From Lytechinus pictus (taxonomy: Eukaryota), in NCBI RefSeq assembly GCF_037042905.1, contig NC_087245.1:28460001-28524000 (forward strand): 64,000 nt of DNA. The letters run 5' to 3'. A model generated the notes under the pieces. That model was not told where the DNA came from, made no database searches, and saw nothing but the letters and a program-made list of their open reading frames with translations. Below are positions 13,801 through 28,800 of the stretch, piece by piece. Made by a program: the position numbers and the translations under genes. Positions within the stretch are counted from its first letter, which is position 1. Each line of letters starts with the position of its first letter.

Positions 13801-16800
13801 GAAAGCAAGGTTTATATGAATAGGCTATTAAAGCAGAAAATAGTTTTGATGAAGACAAACATAGTCCTTGGCCTCATGGACCCTTGGCCTCATGGGAAGA
13901 CTCCCTCTTCTTTTCCCACTCTCCCAAACACTATACATGTACATACCGGCCTTGGTCCACCACGCTGGACACATTCAGACTCGGTGGACGGATCTTCTTC
14001 TCCATCTGGGCGTAGTAATCCTTCTTCTGGTCAAGCCTGTCTTCTCTGAACGGTTTGAATATATGGGAGTGCACCATCTCATTGTAGAAATCCCTCTCCT
14101 CCTCCGCTCTGGATGAAACAAACTCCTCCAGCTTGAACCATCGTTGGTCCATGCTCATGAACTCAGGAAGCTCCCTGGATATCAAATCCAAAATTAAAAT
14201 AATTAACATCTTCAATATTGTACTTATCTCATTATGAATATGCATGCACATGCATTCTGTTTTTAATCAATATTGGTATCATACTTTATTTTATTGACAT
14301 TACATGATCCCTGTAAATTTTATGGGTCAATGAATGAACAAAATTATACTGATTCTGTTGATTTGTAAATACTGAAAAGATTATTTCATGGAAAGATAAA
14401 ACCATGAATGCCTTTTTTCAAATGTACCCATAGATATAAAATGAACATTAAAAAGAAAGTAAATAAGTATTAGAATTGCAAAATTTACAATCTCATCATA
14501 AATCATACATCGTACAATAAAATATTATTTCAGGTAAACAATGAAACCAAAAATTATTTGAAGTGGTTTATAGTAACTGCAGTTTCACGAACATACATAC
14601 ATGTAGTACTTTAAATTCAGCCACCGAACATTGGACTATTTGACTGAAAAAAAAATTGTAACTACCTTGTGAAACTGCCATTGTTTACTCTCTAGTTATA
14701 TATAGATTGCATTTGCCTATGTGAAGGGTTCACTGCAGAGTCTATTTGATGCATAAATACATGTACATGTATCTTTAAATTTAAACAAATCTTTAAACAT
14801 TTTTAATATTTACATTGTTTATCATTTTTTTCACTAGTTTTGACATAGCAGATCTTCAAAAAGAAAGAAAAAATTGTAAAGTAATATTTCAATGAATTTG
14901 AATTGAAATGACTTTTATTTATAGAAGTAATAAGGTTGTGAATTTGAATAATGGCGGAAGCTGTCTACAAATATTTATGGAAGGCTTTTTACGTAATACT
15001 CCTGAGAACTGGTTTTATCCAAGAATTTCCATAGTAACACTAACAGTCGGATACCAGTGCTTTTCATTCAATCGAAATCAGGGAACGTTTACTTATCAAG
15101 CAACAAATGTATGGATGGTAGAATATGAGCTTTTAGACTTTGTTTATGAACTTTTTAATACGTGCATGATTTATCTTACTGAAAGGGGAGTAAAACAAAA
15201 ATAAATAGCTTGTGTGAAAACAGAAAAATTAAAGAAACATATCAATAAAAGTTAGAGAAAAATCTAAGATATAACAAAAAACTTAATGCATATTTGAATG
15301 TTGAGATCACTAATGATATGGACATCCTCCAGTTGGCAAGCGACCATATGTACACTCGTTACAATGTCACATTCGTACAACTCCCCCAATGATTGCTATA
15401 TATCTCAATTACTTAAATTGGGTACTTTTATCAAGTCTATTCATAGATAGATTGGGGATTTTTTAAGGGATAAACATGTAAAAGAGTTTTCATAAAATAT
15501 GCCACGGACAAAGGGTTTGTACTATAATAATGAACAAAATGAAGATGTTTTAGGATAATTTTTCTGAGTACAAATGGGAGAGTTATACTTCTGAGACATC
15601 ACAAATCTTGGTCACACTGCCAATGGGAGGATCTCCATAGCATTAGTGGTTTTGACATTCAAATGCTCATAACTTTTCTATTGTTTGTCCAACTGCCCTC
15701 AAAATTTTGTAGATCTATCTTATATGTTTATTTTTCTGTTTTCATAAAAGCTAACTTGTTCCAAGGGTTTTATTTTTTTAATTTCATCTCCTGAAGGGCG
15801 TTTCATCAACAAATGTCATTTGATAAATTATCAAATCTGAAAATATCCCTTGATTTTGATTAGCCGAGAAGCACAGGAGTCTAACTGTTACTATTATTAT
15901 TTGTATGGAGTCACCTGTGCCTGGGAGGCGAAAAGCGAACTGAATCACTATGACCCAGAAGTCTCTCCTCGCGATATAACTCATTGGGGGGAGTGCAGGT
16001 GGACCACTACACCGGGGTTTCCCCCTACTCTTATATGGATGGTGCAGAGGGTTCTTAACGTGCAAAGGTGGTGACTCTCCTCTACACGGGGCCTCCATTT
16101 AACGTCCTATCCAAGGGACAGAGTGTTTACTATGATAACTATTAGATAAAACATCCAACAAGTCCTCCATGAAACACTCTCCAAGTGGCTGAAATGTTCC
16201 ATGGCATTTTCTCTGGTGACATGTGCTCCACTATAAATTCCACACACTAATTAAATGATTACTTTCAACCCTGGATTTAACACTACACCCTACCCTAAAC
16301 CAAACAATACACCCTAACCCATACCTAACCCTAAACCTAACATAAAACCCTATAGCAACCCTAATCCTAACCCTACATCTCATACGAAATAATGGCAAGA
16401 GCAATTGTCGCAATAGCAAATGTCGTGTCACCTATTATCATGCATAAACATGATTACCTTATTTGACATCATAAAAAGAAGATATCTCCACGAATTGAAA
16501 TTAGATCATGCACTTTACACTCATAACACTCCAGTTTATATATTCATAAACAAAGCCTTAAAGGTCATATTCTATAATCCACATGACTTTCCTAGAAATC
16601 TCAGATGTACACAGCTATAATGAGGTATTTTGTTTCATTCCAAAGCTCAATCTATATCTAACTGTATGTTCAGATTATATGACTTTTGAATATTTGTTCT
16701 GAAAAATGATTTTACTGTGTTTGATTTCTTCAAGGCCAAACTTCATCAAGTTTATTCTGCTAGACATCTATGCGAATGACAGACACCTCCTTAACATGAT

Positions 16801-19800
16801 ATGTTTTGTTGTTTTCAATCTCAAAAGTTGATCGGAATATATTGTTTTGTTTTATTATCAGTAAGGAATGTAAAAAGGGAGAAGCCTAGATAGGCCAATG
16901 GCTTTTTGTTACTCCCTCACATCCCATTCATTACTCCATGTTTTTTCTTGTTATTCTCTGTCTAAATTGTTGTTTTTACTATAACTCACTATGTATTGTA
17001 CCCTGTTTTTTAAGAAATGTGAAATAAATTTGAATTTTTAATACTGGTTTCTTCTGTGACCTGCCACACTAAAACCAACAATAAATACCAGCGAGGATTC
17101 TCTGCACATAGCCTAAAGAGTAATTCGGTCTTCAAAAAGTGAAAAATTAGAAAATCTGGTATTTGAAGGAGTAATTTTTCTTATTTATAATGTTAAAATT
17201 GAAGATGGAAAGTTACACTAAAGACAAGATACAAGGATTTTTTTAACTCTATTTTTCAGACTGCAGTGGCAGGACAGCGTTGGATATTTCTTTTATTACC
17301 TGAATATGTGGACAAACATCTCTAGAAAGCTATCAAGTATCTCCTGCTGAAACTGTCTGTCCATCTTCTGTCTTCTTGCATTCTCCATCTCCAAAGTAGC
17401 AGGGACAGAACGACCCAGAGTGGCAAGCTCATAGTACTTCACTCGTGCATGGTAAAACCTTTAGAAAAGAGAGATATATATGTAATGAGAGAATATGAAG
17501 CAAAGTGGCAGGGAGAAAAAGAAGTTTAATGAAGAAAGAAAGTAAAAATCAAGATGACGATTTTATGGGAAAAGGCTTTGAGCTTTCAACCAGTTGCCTA
17601 TCAACTACTCTTCTGATTGCATTAACATCCATTTCAGAGAGCCCAATTATTATGGTAATCCCACTATTATTCAAGGAAACTGTTTCATATTAGGTTACTC
17701 GCTAGTTACACATGACATTACATAAATGACCTACCTGGCTTACAAGAACATGCTCAAATTTTTGCATAAAGTTGTGCGTAACTTTTCAAACAATCACAAC
17801 TTCCCCGGTCAGACAGAAGAGAGGTGATTGTAAAATTTGCATTTTGGAGAAAGAGCACAATCCTGTGGCACCTTTGACTGTCACACATGGTGTGCTGAAT
17901 TGGACATGATCATAAACACATATATTTTAAGGATCAATTCTTGAACAACCTTTCCAACGAGAAAACTAGAGATGCTATGACTTACTGCTTCTTGAAGCCT
18001 TCTGTGGGTCCTTTAGGAAGACTAGGAACAGACAATGTAGGGCACTCATGGAGAGTTCCTTTCTCTATGTCAGCTATGACAAGTCCTTCAATCTAATAGC
18101 AAGAGAAGAAGTAAGAAAGAGAGAGAAAAAAAAAAGAAAAGAGGATAGAAGCTTATTAAAGCTAGTATACAGTGAAACAAAAAAATTCCAAGATAGTAAA
18201 TGGAGCACTACATTTTCATTTCATGAATAAACATGATATTGAGAACACTCGTTGTGCATGATTAAACAAATCTTGTGATTGTTGGGGAGAACTAGATTCA
18301 CAACATGAATTCGTTTCAACCGACCTGTACAGCAAAATTATGTGGTGGAATGGAATATTTGTCTCAGTTCTATTCCCCTTATGTGTGAGCCAGTGACAGA
18401 TCGAGGACAGAGGGGGTGACAATAGCAAATTTGGAAATAGATGGGGGCACAGATGACAATTTTCTTAAAAATAAGCTATAGTGACATATAATGGGCTTTT
18501 CTTAAAATATTGAGGGGAGGTGCGCGATTTGCACATCCATCTGGATCTGCCACTATGTGAGTAACTGTCTGTCTATCATACCTGCTGTATCCTGCTTCGA
18601 TGTATTGCATTGCAGCCCATGATGAAGCACCCTGGGGCCTCCAGGAGATCAAGAAGCTGTGTACTGACCACTGGAACATACACAAACGGCCATTTGAAGG
18701 GCAGAATGTAGGAGAAGAAACACTAAAGGGGAAAACAAAGTGAGAGGAATAAAATGGTTTTATTTAAGATTACCATTGAAAAAATAAGATCAAGAAGCTG
18801 TGTCATAACTACAGGAAGATAAACAAGACAAATGGCCACTTGAAAGAAAGGATGTACATGTAGGAGAAGAAACACTACATAGACAGAAAAACATATACAA
18901 GGTTACTTTGAATATATTTGAAAGCACAGTAATATTTTCATAACAAAAAAGGGCTTGTTAAACAAACAAAATATCTGTCATCAGCATACAGTATTTCATA
19001 GCTGCACTTAAAAAAGAAATGACCCACAGAATTTTGTCAGATCCCCCCTTCATCCCCCAAAATCAAATGACTATCTCCAATTGTGCATCCTATGAATGAC
19101 TGGGAAATACCCAACGGGTGGTATCTTGGCTTAACTCAAGACTAAAAGCCTACACTATGTGGAATGCTAAGACAATTCACCTTACTTCTCCCATCTTCAT
19201 GACAAAGATAATAATAATAATAATAATATATGTGATTTGTAATGCACCTAATCCACTCGGCAGAATGCCCAAGGCGCAATGAAAGAAAGAAAGAAAGAAC
19301 GAAAGAGAAAAAGTACAAATATAATAGTAATAGATTCAGGAACTATGAAGAGTAGGAAGCATTGAATAGACGAGTCTTAACCCTAAAAAGACTGGGGGGG
19401 CTGATTCAGCCCCCCCCCCTCCACATTTTTCGCGATAAATCTGTAACGCAAAAAGCTGGCGCCGTGCCATTCCATGAATTTTTTTTTTCAAGTCTTGCGC
19501 AACTTTTGAGACCAAATTTGCGACGCCCGCGTGCGTGGTTCCGAAATTACGCAACATTTTGTAAGTGCATGTCGACCCGAAATTGCTCAAAAACGTGAAT
19601 TTGTGTACAAATCCAATGCAAATTGTGTTTTTAGCCAAAATTCATAAATGTATCATTATTTTCAATTTTACTAATCAAACTCAATTAATTTCATCTTGTT
19701 TATGGTCAGAATAAAGTAGCGGACGATTTCCATGGAAAAAACAATGAAAAACAAAAAGTAGAAAAAACATAGAAATACATAAGAAATTTTAAAAACAATA

Positions 19801-22800
19801 AAATACATAAGAAAAGAATTGTGATATTGAATTTTTTAAAAAGTACATTTGATCAGAATCCTACAAAGAGTCTGAATAAAAAATTAGCAGTTTAGAGGCC
19901 TTATTTAGTTAATTAGAGCAAATCTTTGATTTTATGCATAAATTAGCATAATTAATGAATTATGAGATTTTTCGGAAAATTTGATCCTACAGTCTTGGAG
20001 ATTATGCCATGGGTAACGCACGTGCCAATTTTTGTCACAATCCCGCGGTCGACGGCCGAGATCATAGGGGGGGGGCTGAATCAGCCCCCCCCCCCTCCCA
20101 GTCTTCTTAGGCATCAAAATAGCCCAGTCTATTTAGGGTTAAGGTAACATGTAAATGTGTCAATGGAAGTGCATTCACGGATTGCCTGGGGAAGATCATT
20201 CCAGAGAACAGGGCCAGCGTGAGCCAAAGCCTGAACCCCCCATGACTTAACGGATTTAGGAATAACTAGGGAACCAGAGTTAGATGAACGTAGGGACCTG
20301 ACAGGAGTGTATTTGTTGATTAGATTAATATTGTACTGTGGAGCAGAGCCGTTAATTGCATGGAATAAAAGGAGAAGGATAATATACAAAATAATTCATT
20401 AAAATCAGTCTTATACTTTGAGGGATTCTCCGGGCTGAAGATTCTTCTATCTCAATAAATAGAGTAAAATGCTGAAAATTTCATCAAAATCGGACAACAA
20501 CAACAAGTTATTGAATTTTAAAGATTTGCATTATTCCGGGGAAACAGTTTCATGAATATTCATAAGGTGGGCTGATGATGTCATTTCCCCACTTGTTCTT
20601 TTGTATTTTATTATATGAAATTAGGTTTATTAAAAAAATTTCTACCAAGAACTAAAGCAATTTGATTGACAACTGATAAGTGCATTAATTAGTTATTTCA
20701 TGCTGCAACTTATTTCATCATAATGGAGACACATCATTCACACGTTTATGAAAAAAATGAAACAATTATGATTTCATGTGATAACATAAGAAAAAGGAAA
20801 GTGAGGATGTGACATCATCAACCCACCTAATGAATATTCATGACGATGTGCATATAACTGTTTTTTATAAAATATTGATAAACTTTAAAATTCAATAACT
20901 TTGTTATTTGTTGTCCGATTTTAATGAAATCTTCAGCCTTTTGCTCTATGAATTTCACTCTATTTATTTAGATACAAATATATTCAGCCCGAAATTATCC
21001 CTTAAATAAATTCAACCTATTCTGCCTATTTCAATAATACAATTATATTTCAGATGACTTAAATAATTTGTACTTGGTGAATGGGATGGCATCTAACACT
21101 CCATAACATTGTTGACAAAATTTATCTCTGGTTAAGTAAATTACTCCTACATGTATTACATGTACATGGTTGCTATCCACTAAATTCAGTAATTAAGGGG
21201 TTCAGAGTCTGACCCATCAACACACTACAAGACTACATGTATGACACCATTTTTTAACAAATCCAATTTCACATTATCATGAAGGATCCTAGAAGGTTCA
21301 AAGGAGTGAAATTCAGCATTAATGCTATGAGTACTATAATAAGCATTAAAGTTGCAGCTGATAGTGACATTATTTGGAATTGAATTTTCTTTCATTCTTA
21401 CAAGAAGGCTCAAAATTGGCTGGAATTCTGATTTCAATACTCATACCCTATCAGAAATTTGATCCTATAAGATTTCATAGGGAAGAGTATTTATATCAAA
21501 TGCTATTGAAATTTCTTTGAAAATTGGATTGCAATGGATCATGTAGTGTGATCCGGGTTATAAGGGGAAGTTCACCCTGACAGACAGATTATGGTTAAAA
21601 AAGCATAAAAAACTATTTTAAACATATTTCAGGTTTGAGGATTAAGATTAAGATTAAGAAAGTGATTAGAATTCAACATTTTTGATTGGCGACACCATAT
21701 GTGAGTAGCTGCCCCATATGTTATGTCAAATAAAATGCCTAAAGGTAAATTTTATAATGGTTCATGATGACTAATCTCTTTTTCTTTCAGGAGCAGGTGG
21801 GTGTTTCATAAAGCTGTTCGTAAAGTTATGCACGACTGGAACATGTTCTTAGGTCCTAATCAATTACATAATTAGGGATATCACACAGCACAAGAAAGGA
21901 TCACCAGTCGTGTGTAAAGTCATTCGTATCTTACAAACAGCTTTATGAAACACCCACCAGGTGTGAAATGATTAGTCTGTAGATATACTGAAGGTACAAT
22001 AAAAACTTTTTTTTTTTTTTTTACTGCACAATATATGGGGATGCTGCTCGCATATGATGACACAAATCAAAAACTTAAAATTCTAATAACTTTCTCGATC
22101 TTTGATGGATTTTCCTCAAACCTTCACCAATATTTTTAAATATTTTTTTCTGGTATTTTTACAACAAACTTTTCGTCAGGGTATACTTCCACTTTAAACA
22201 CACTAAAAACAAACAATACACAAACCTCTATGATTGGGACCAAGAGAGAGTAATCATGAGAGAGGAAGATGATCCTCTGTTGGGTCAGGATGGCTGAGAT
22301 GATCTTAAGGATATCATCCAGGGTGAAGATGAGGAACGGGAGATGGAGAGAGATGTTGACTACCGGCTTCTCAGGGTCATCTGGAGGAGGGATGCTGATG
22401 GTGAACTCATTCAACATGAGGGTCTGAAAAGGAAATATTTAAAAATGGTATAAACGTTGTACAGTAAACCTGTAAAGAAAGACCACCCAAGATAGACAGG
22501 AGATGTGGTCTTTATGGACGAGTTTTTATAATACCTGTTTTAATCAGGGCCCTGTCTTACAAAGATACTAGATCCAATCAGCAACAACTATGGAAAGCCA
22601 GCAATGTCAATATCTAAAATACATGTTTGTTAAAAATCTTTCCTAAATATGATGTATATTTATACATTCACTGTTTTCTTAAAATTTCAGTATGCTTCTC
22701 TTTGATTTCAAAGGACATTAAGCAAATTTCCTTAAAAAAATGATGACATGGATGGATTTCCATATACACATACTTGAGTTTGATCCAATCAATCTCAACT

Positions 22801-25800
22801 GCATGGAAATCCATCCATACCATCATTTTTTTGACAGGAAATTTGCACAATCTCCTTAGTAAACAGAGAGAACCACACTGAATCTTTAAGAGAATGATGA
22901 ATGTATGATATACATCATATCTAGAAAATATTTTGAACAAATTTGCATTTTAGATGTTGACGTTGCTGGCCTTCCATAGTTGTGTTTGATTGGATCAATC
23001 GCAACTCTTTGTAAGACGGGGCCATCTACAATCGGTGAACTACTCCCTCATTTCGAATGGCATGCATACAGTGTAGTTCGAATTGCAAACACAACAGCAA
23101 TTTTTCAAAAAGGAGATGATAGAGTGAACCTCTACAAAAACATCACTCAAAGAAAACAAGAAAAGTGGTCTTCATGAACAGGGGGACACTATGGACAAGT
23201 TCCTAAAATACAGTGAAACCTGTCTAAGGTGACAATCCCAAGGGAAAAACAAAATGTGGCCTTTGTAGGGAGGTGACTGCTATAGACAGGTTCTATAGTC
23301 TATAACCATGAATCTTAATGTACAATACTGTGTACATATATCAGCGTAGGAAATCCATACATAACGACTGGCAATTTCACCCTCGCAAAGACTATTTAAC
23401 TCAAATTGAATCTTGGACTCAATCTCACTTTGAAATTAACGGCATCAAAATATGGGCCCTATCTTGTACAATCTTTTATCAATTCTAAATTGAAATTATA
23501 GTAATGTTAGGCTAGAGAAATAATGTCACTTTAATTTGGAATCACAAATTAATGCTTCATATGAAACAGGGCATTTATTTAAAGCCATAGAGTAGGCTAC
23601 TAATCCCTTACTTAAGTTTACATATTAAAAGCTCAACTGATTACAGATCTTGTGGTTTATAATCACACCTACATATAAACATACATAAAATCTGACAAAA
23701 CTAAACAAGTTGGTATGATCACATATAAATTCCTATGAATATACATGGAGCATTTTAATTGATCAAATACATACAAACGAACTAAAACCAGATTAATGAA
23801 TTCTGAATTAAGATATTAAAGATGGACTTCACATATGTATTGATGAATGTTTCCAGTTGGGATACTAACAAGCTATAATATTCTTTCAATTAATACTATA
23901 AAATAGGGACTAAATTATCTGGTTTATATTCATATGGTGCATATAACACACTTTGTACGTCTCTATGGGCTCACAGATTTATTACTACCCCAGTCATCGG
24001 ATTCGATCAGTCATTCCCGCACATGACATACACATCTTCCACTCCTTGGGGAATATTGCAGCCAGTCACAATCGAGACACAAATTTGTAAACTATCAGGT
24101 ACCCATTTAGCACCTGGGTGGAGAGAGGACTAGGCATTTGAACACACGACCTTCTGATTACGAAGCGTGAGTCAGAACCTTTTACACCACTGCCCTCCCC
24201 ACCTCTGCATAAAAGTCTCCTCCTCTTTTTTTCTCAATACAGTATATGCTACAGAGACTGCATCTCAATTTACACTATAAAAAAACAGAGTACCATCATT
24301 TATTACATTGTATGTGGTTGTGGATATCAATAAAACATTCCTGAATAAACTATCAATGAGAAAAGTTGATTTTTTTATCTTTATTATATTTGAAAAAATC
24401 TTAGAGACTGTATGCAAAGTCTAATTCCTGAGAACATAATTTCTGCACACTGAAATCAATACATTATGCATTAGATCTTGCATACATGAAAAAGCCTGTT
24501 GTTCAAGTCCAAAGTGTACCAGACCTTGATAAAAGCATCTGTTCACAGCCAAGCATGATAAAAACCTCATTAAAACTAACATAACTTGTGATACAAACGG
24601 GCATGTTCTCTCTCTATATAGGATAGTATGATAAAACAATATTTCTGGACAAAAATAAAAAACCCAACATACATGTATGCAGATATAACACCAAGCCACA
24701 ACCAAGCTACATCCATGGCACATACAATGTATTGTATATCATTAAATATTACATAAGAATCTGCAGAACTTAAATATTTAGGTTTAAATGTTTAGCGAGA
24801 ATGTACATGTAGTCACAGCAAAAATGCCAAAATGAAATATCAACTGCCTTTTAAATCCAATACCGTTTTGAACTTCCTTGATACTAACGGAGTAGGCACT
24901 GTCCTTTTAATATTATGATTCATTACTCAGGAATTAATTCTATGAATTAATTTCTACTTAAAGAAAATCCACATCCCTTCAATTACTTAAAACTAAATGT
25001 AAAATTATTTCCACTGAAGCTGTAGTTCAGGTTCTGGTTTTGTGTGTGTGTTTTTTTTCTGATGGGGGGGGGGGGGTTCCTGTAGTTTAGTTTTATACTC
25101 ATCTGTTTAATACTATTTTCATTGAATGTTTGTATCCATTATTTGTAAATTCTTTGTAAATTGTCACTTTTTTTGAGGGACAGCCCCTTTCTAAATCAGT
25201 TTTACACATGAAAGGGCTACCCTGCTTCAATAAAACTTACATTTAAATTCATACATAAATACACACACAACGTTAGGGACAGATCTCATCCTGAGGAAAG
25301 GGCACAAGGGGCCTTGCCCCCCACCCAAAATGACCTGTTCAAGGGAGGGAAACTGGTTCTATGGTGCTGAACTTTGACCTTGGCACCAAATTTTTGCACC
25401 TCCCCTCCCCCCACTTGTCATCCTAGATATAGATTCTATTGTGACCATATATGTAATATAAATTTTTCTGTATTTGTTTTTTTTTTCTGCTAAGTAAGCT
25501 TTTGTCAAAACATGGCTTTGCAACTGAGAAAAAAACCCACATTGATAAAGGAAAAAGAATCATACAATTTGAAAATAATAAAAGCAATACAAATCCTTCA
25601 TAACAGGAAATAGAAGAGAAAGAGAAAGAATTTACAAAACTTGGATTGTTATTTTGTATACATGTATTTGGTAACTCGTGAAGCCCAGGGAATTTGGCAT
25701 GGTTCCATCTTAACAAGCATGTCAATGTAATTTATACAATTACAAAGGCTCTTAATTCATTAATAAGCAAAGAGAAGTGTTTGTTTTGAGAGACTGAAAT

Positions 25801-28800
25801 GTGTTTCTGGAGTGTATTTCTGATGTACTGTAAGAAAAACCAATCATGTACTCAAGTTAAAACAAGAAGCCTGTGGAAAGTGAAACTGTAATGCTGTCCT
25901 TTTGTCATGTGTTATATGATGAAGGTGCTGCATCTTATTACTGCAGAAAGGGTTGGAGTACTTGTCATCTATCAATTTTCTCTCTGTGCGTTTCAGTATT
26001 TCAAAGAGCATTATCCAGGTGGCACATTGATGAAAAATCTCCACACCCCAAATTTGACAATCAAGCTCATGGTGGGATTGGTGGGATTGGTGATCCAAGG
26101 TATAGTCAAATGAATAGTCAAAAACAAAGACCAGTTTACACTGACTTAACACAGGAGGTATTCATATTGGCCACATCTTTTCTGATTCTCACCAAACTTC
26201 AGTTGTGGCTGTTTTTCATCATGCTATGCCGAGATATGGTGCAAAAAACAATTTAACCTGCAAGAGGGAAATGACTCAAAAATTAAATATCTCTCACACA
26301 AATTTCAAGCTAGTGGCTAGCTAGTAACTATCAAGCACCTAGTTAGTAACTGGTGACTAGACAGCTTTCAAATAAGTTTGTAATAGGCATGCATAAAAAC
26401 AATTCAGGGGGATCTTTTAGCAAGCATGTAGTGTTTGCTAGCTTTCAATCGCGTATTAAGTTAGCCACCAGCTATATGTAGTTACTAGCTTGCAGCATGT
26501 TGAAATATCTGCAGGTGATAGTTCATTTATTTTTTCTAATCAATAGAGAAGAGAATCTTACATAACAAAATCATAAATATACCTAAAACCTGCACGAGGG
26601 AGATAAATTTAACATTATTCATTTATTTGATTATTTCTTATAAATCGTTCAGTAATAGAATAATTTGAAGATCACTCACAATATACAGGTTTCCAGCTGG
26701 CGGAGTGGGTATGATAAGCAGCTGCAAGGTGAACTCTTTGAGTAATTCATTCATCTTCTGAGGCTTGGCATACAGGTCTGGAGCAAGACTGCAATAACAA
26801 GGGTAAATTGCCACTTAGTCTATATCCGCTTTGTCTACTTTCCATTTGGTCTCATCCCGCATGGTCTAATTCTATTTTGTCTATCAACTATTTGGTCTAA
26901 TGGCCATTTGGTAAATTCCCACCTGGTCTACATCCGCTTCATCTACTTTCCATTTGGTCTCATCCCACATGGTTTAATTCTATGTCTAATAACTATTTGG
27001 TCTAATGGCCATTTGGTAAATTCCCACCTGGTCTACATCCGCTTCATCTACTTTCCATTTGGTCTCATCCCACATGGCCTAATTCTATGTCTAATAACTA
27101 TTTGGTCTAATGGCCATTTGGTAAATTCCCACCTGGTCTACATCCGCTTCGCCTTCTTTCCATTTGGTCTCATCCCACATGGCCTAATTCTATGTCTAAT
27201 AACTATTTGGTCTAATGGCCATTTGGTAAATTCCCACCTGGTCTACATCCGCTTCATCTACTTTCCATTTGGTCTCATCCCACATGGCCTAATTCTATGT
27301 CTAATAACTATTTGGTCTAATGGCCATTTGGTAAATTCCCACCTGGTCTACATCCGCTTCGCCTTCTTTCCATTTGGTCTCATCTCACATGGCCTAATTC
27401 TATGTCTAATAACTATTTGGTCTAATGGCCATTTGGTAAATTCCCACCTGGTCTACATCCGCTTCGCCTTCTTTCCATTTGGTCTCATCTCACATGGCCT
27501 AATTCTATGTATAATAACTATTTGGTCTAATGGCCATTTGGTAAATTCCCACCTGGTCTACATCCGATTCGCCTTCTTTCCATTTGGTCTCATCCCACAT
27601 GGCCTAATTCTATGTCTAATAACTATTTGGTCTAATGGCCATTTGGTAAATTCCCACCTGGTCTACATCCGCTTCGCCTTCTTTCCATTTGGTCTCATCT
27701 CACATGGCCTAATTCTATGTCTAATAACTATTTGGTCTAATGGCCATTTGGTAAATTCCCACCTGGTCTACATCCGCTTCGCCTTCTTTCCATTTGGTCT
27801 CATCTCACATGGCCTAATTCTATGTCTAATAACTATTTGGTCTAATGGCCATTTGGTAAATTCCCACCTGGTCTACATCCGCTTCGCCTTCTTTCCATTT
27901 GGTCTCATCTCACATGGCCTAATTCTATGTCTAATAACTATTTGGTCTAATGGCCATTTGGTAAATTCCCACCTGGTCTACATCCGCTTCGCCTTCTTTC
28001 CATTTGGTCTCATCTCACATGGCCTAATTCTATGTCTAATAACTATTTGGTCTAATGGCCATTTGGTAAATTCCCACCTGGTCTACATCCGCTTCGCCTT
28101 CTTTCCATTTGGTCTCATCCCACATGGCCTAATTCTATGTCTAATAACTATTTGGTCTAATGGCCATTTGGTAAATTCCCACCTGGTCTACATCCGCTTC
28201 GCCTTCTTTCCATTTGGTCTCATCCCACATGGCCTAATTCTATGTCTAATAACTATTTGGTCTAATGGCCATTTGGTAAATTCCCACCTGGTCTACATCC
28301 GCTTCGCCTTCTTTCCATTTGGTCTCATCTCACATGGCCTAATTCTATGTCTAATAACTATTTGGTCTAATGGCCATTTGGTAAATTCCCACCTGGTCTA
28401 CATCCGCTTCGCCTTCTTTCCATTTGGTCTCATCCCACATGGCCTAATTCTATGTCTAATAACTATTTGGTCTAATGGCCATTTGGTAAATTCCCACCTG
28501 GTCTACATCCGCTTCGCCTTCTTTCCATTTGGTCTCATCTCACATGGCCTAATTCTATGTATAATAACTATTTGGTCTAATGGCCATTTGGTAAATTCCC
28601 AACTGGTCTACATCCGCTTCGCCTTCTTTCCATTTGGTCTCATCCCACATGGTTTACATTATGTAATTCAAACTTTGTCAAGAAACTACAAAATATACAC
28701 GTAATTGTTGAATATATCTGAAATTAATTAGTTGATAAAATAAAATAGAATCACTCCAAACTTTGACCATTCCTGAAAAGGATGAAATTGTCTTTGACCT

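Noticed and set aside
16290..16376. Interstitial telomere or fusion scar
   Set aside because: Short, degenerate and enclosed by MITE-like inverted motifs
26908..28704. 598-aa ORF of 35-aa repeats
   Set aside because: By-product of a 105-bp satellite (length divisible by 3); TTG start, antisense in an intron
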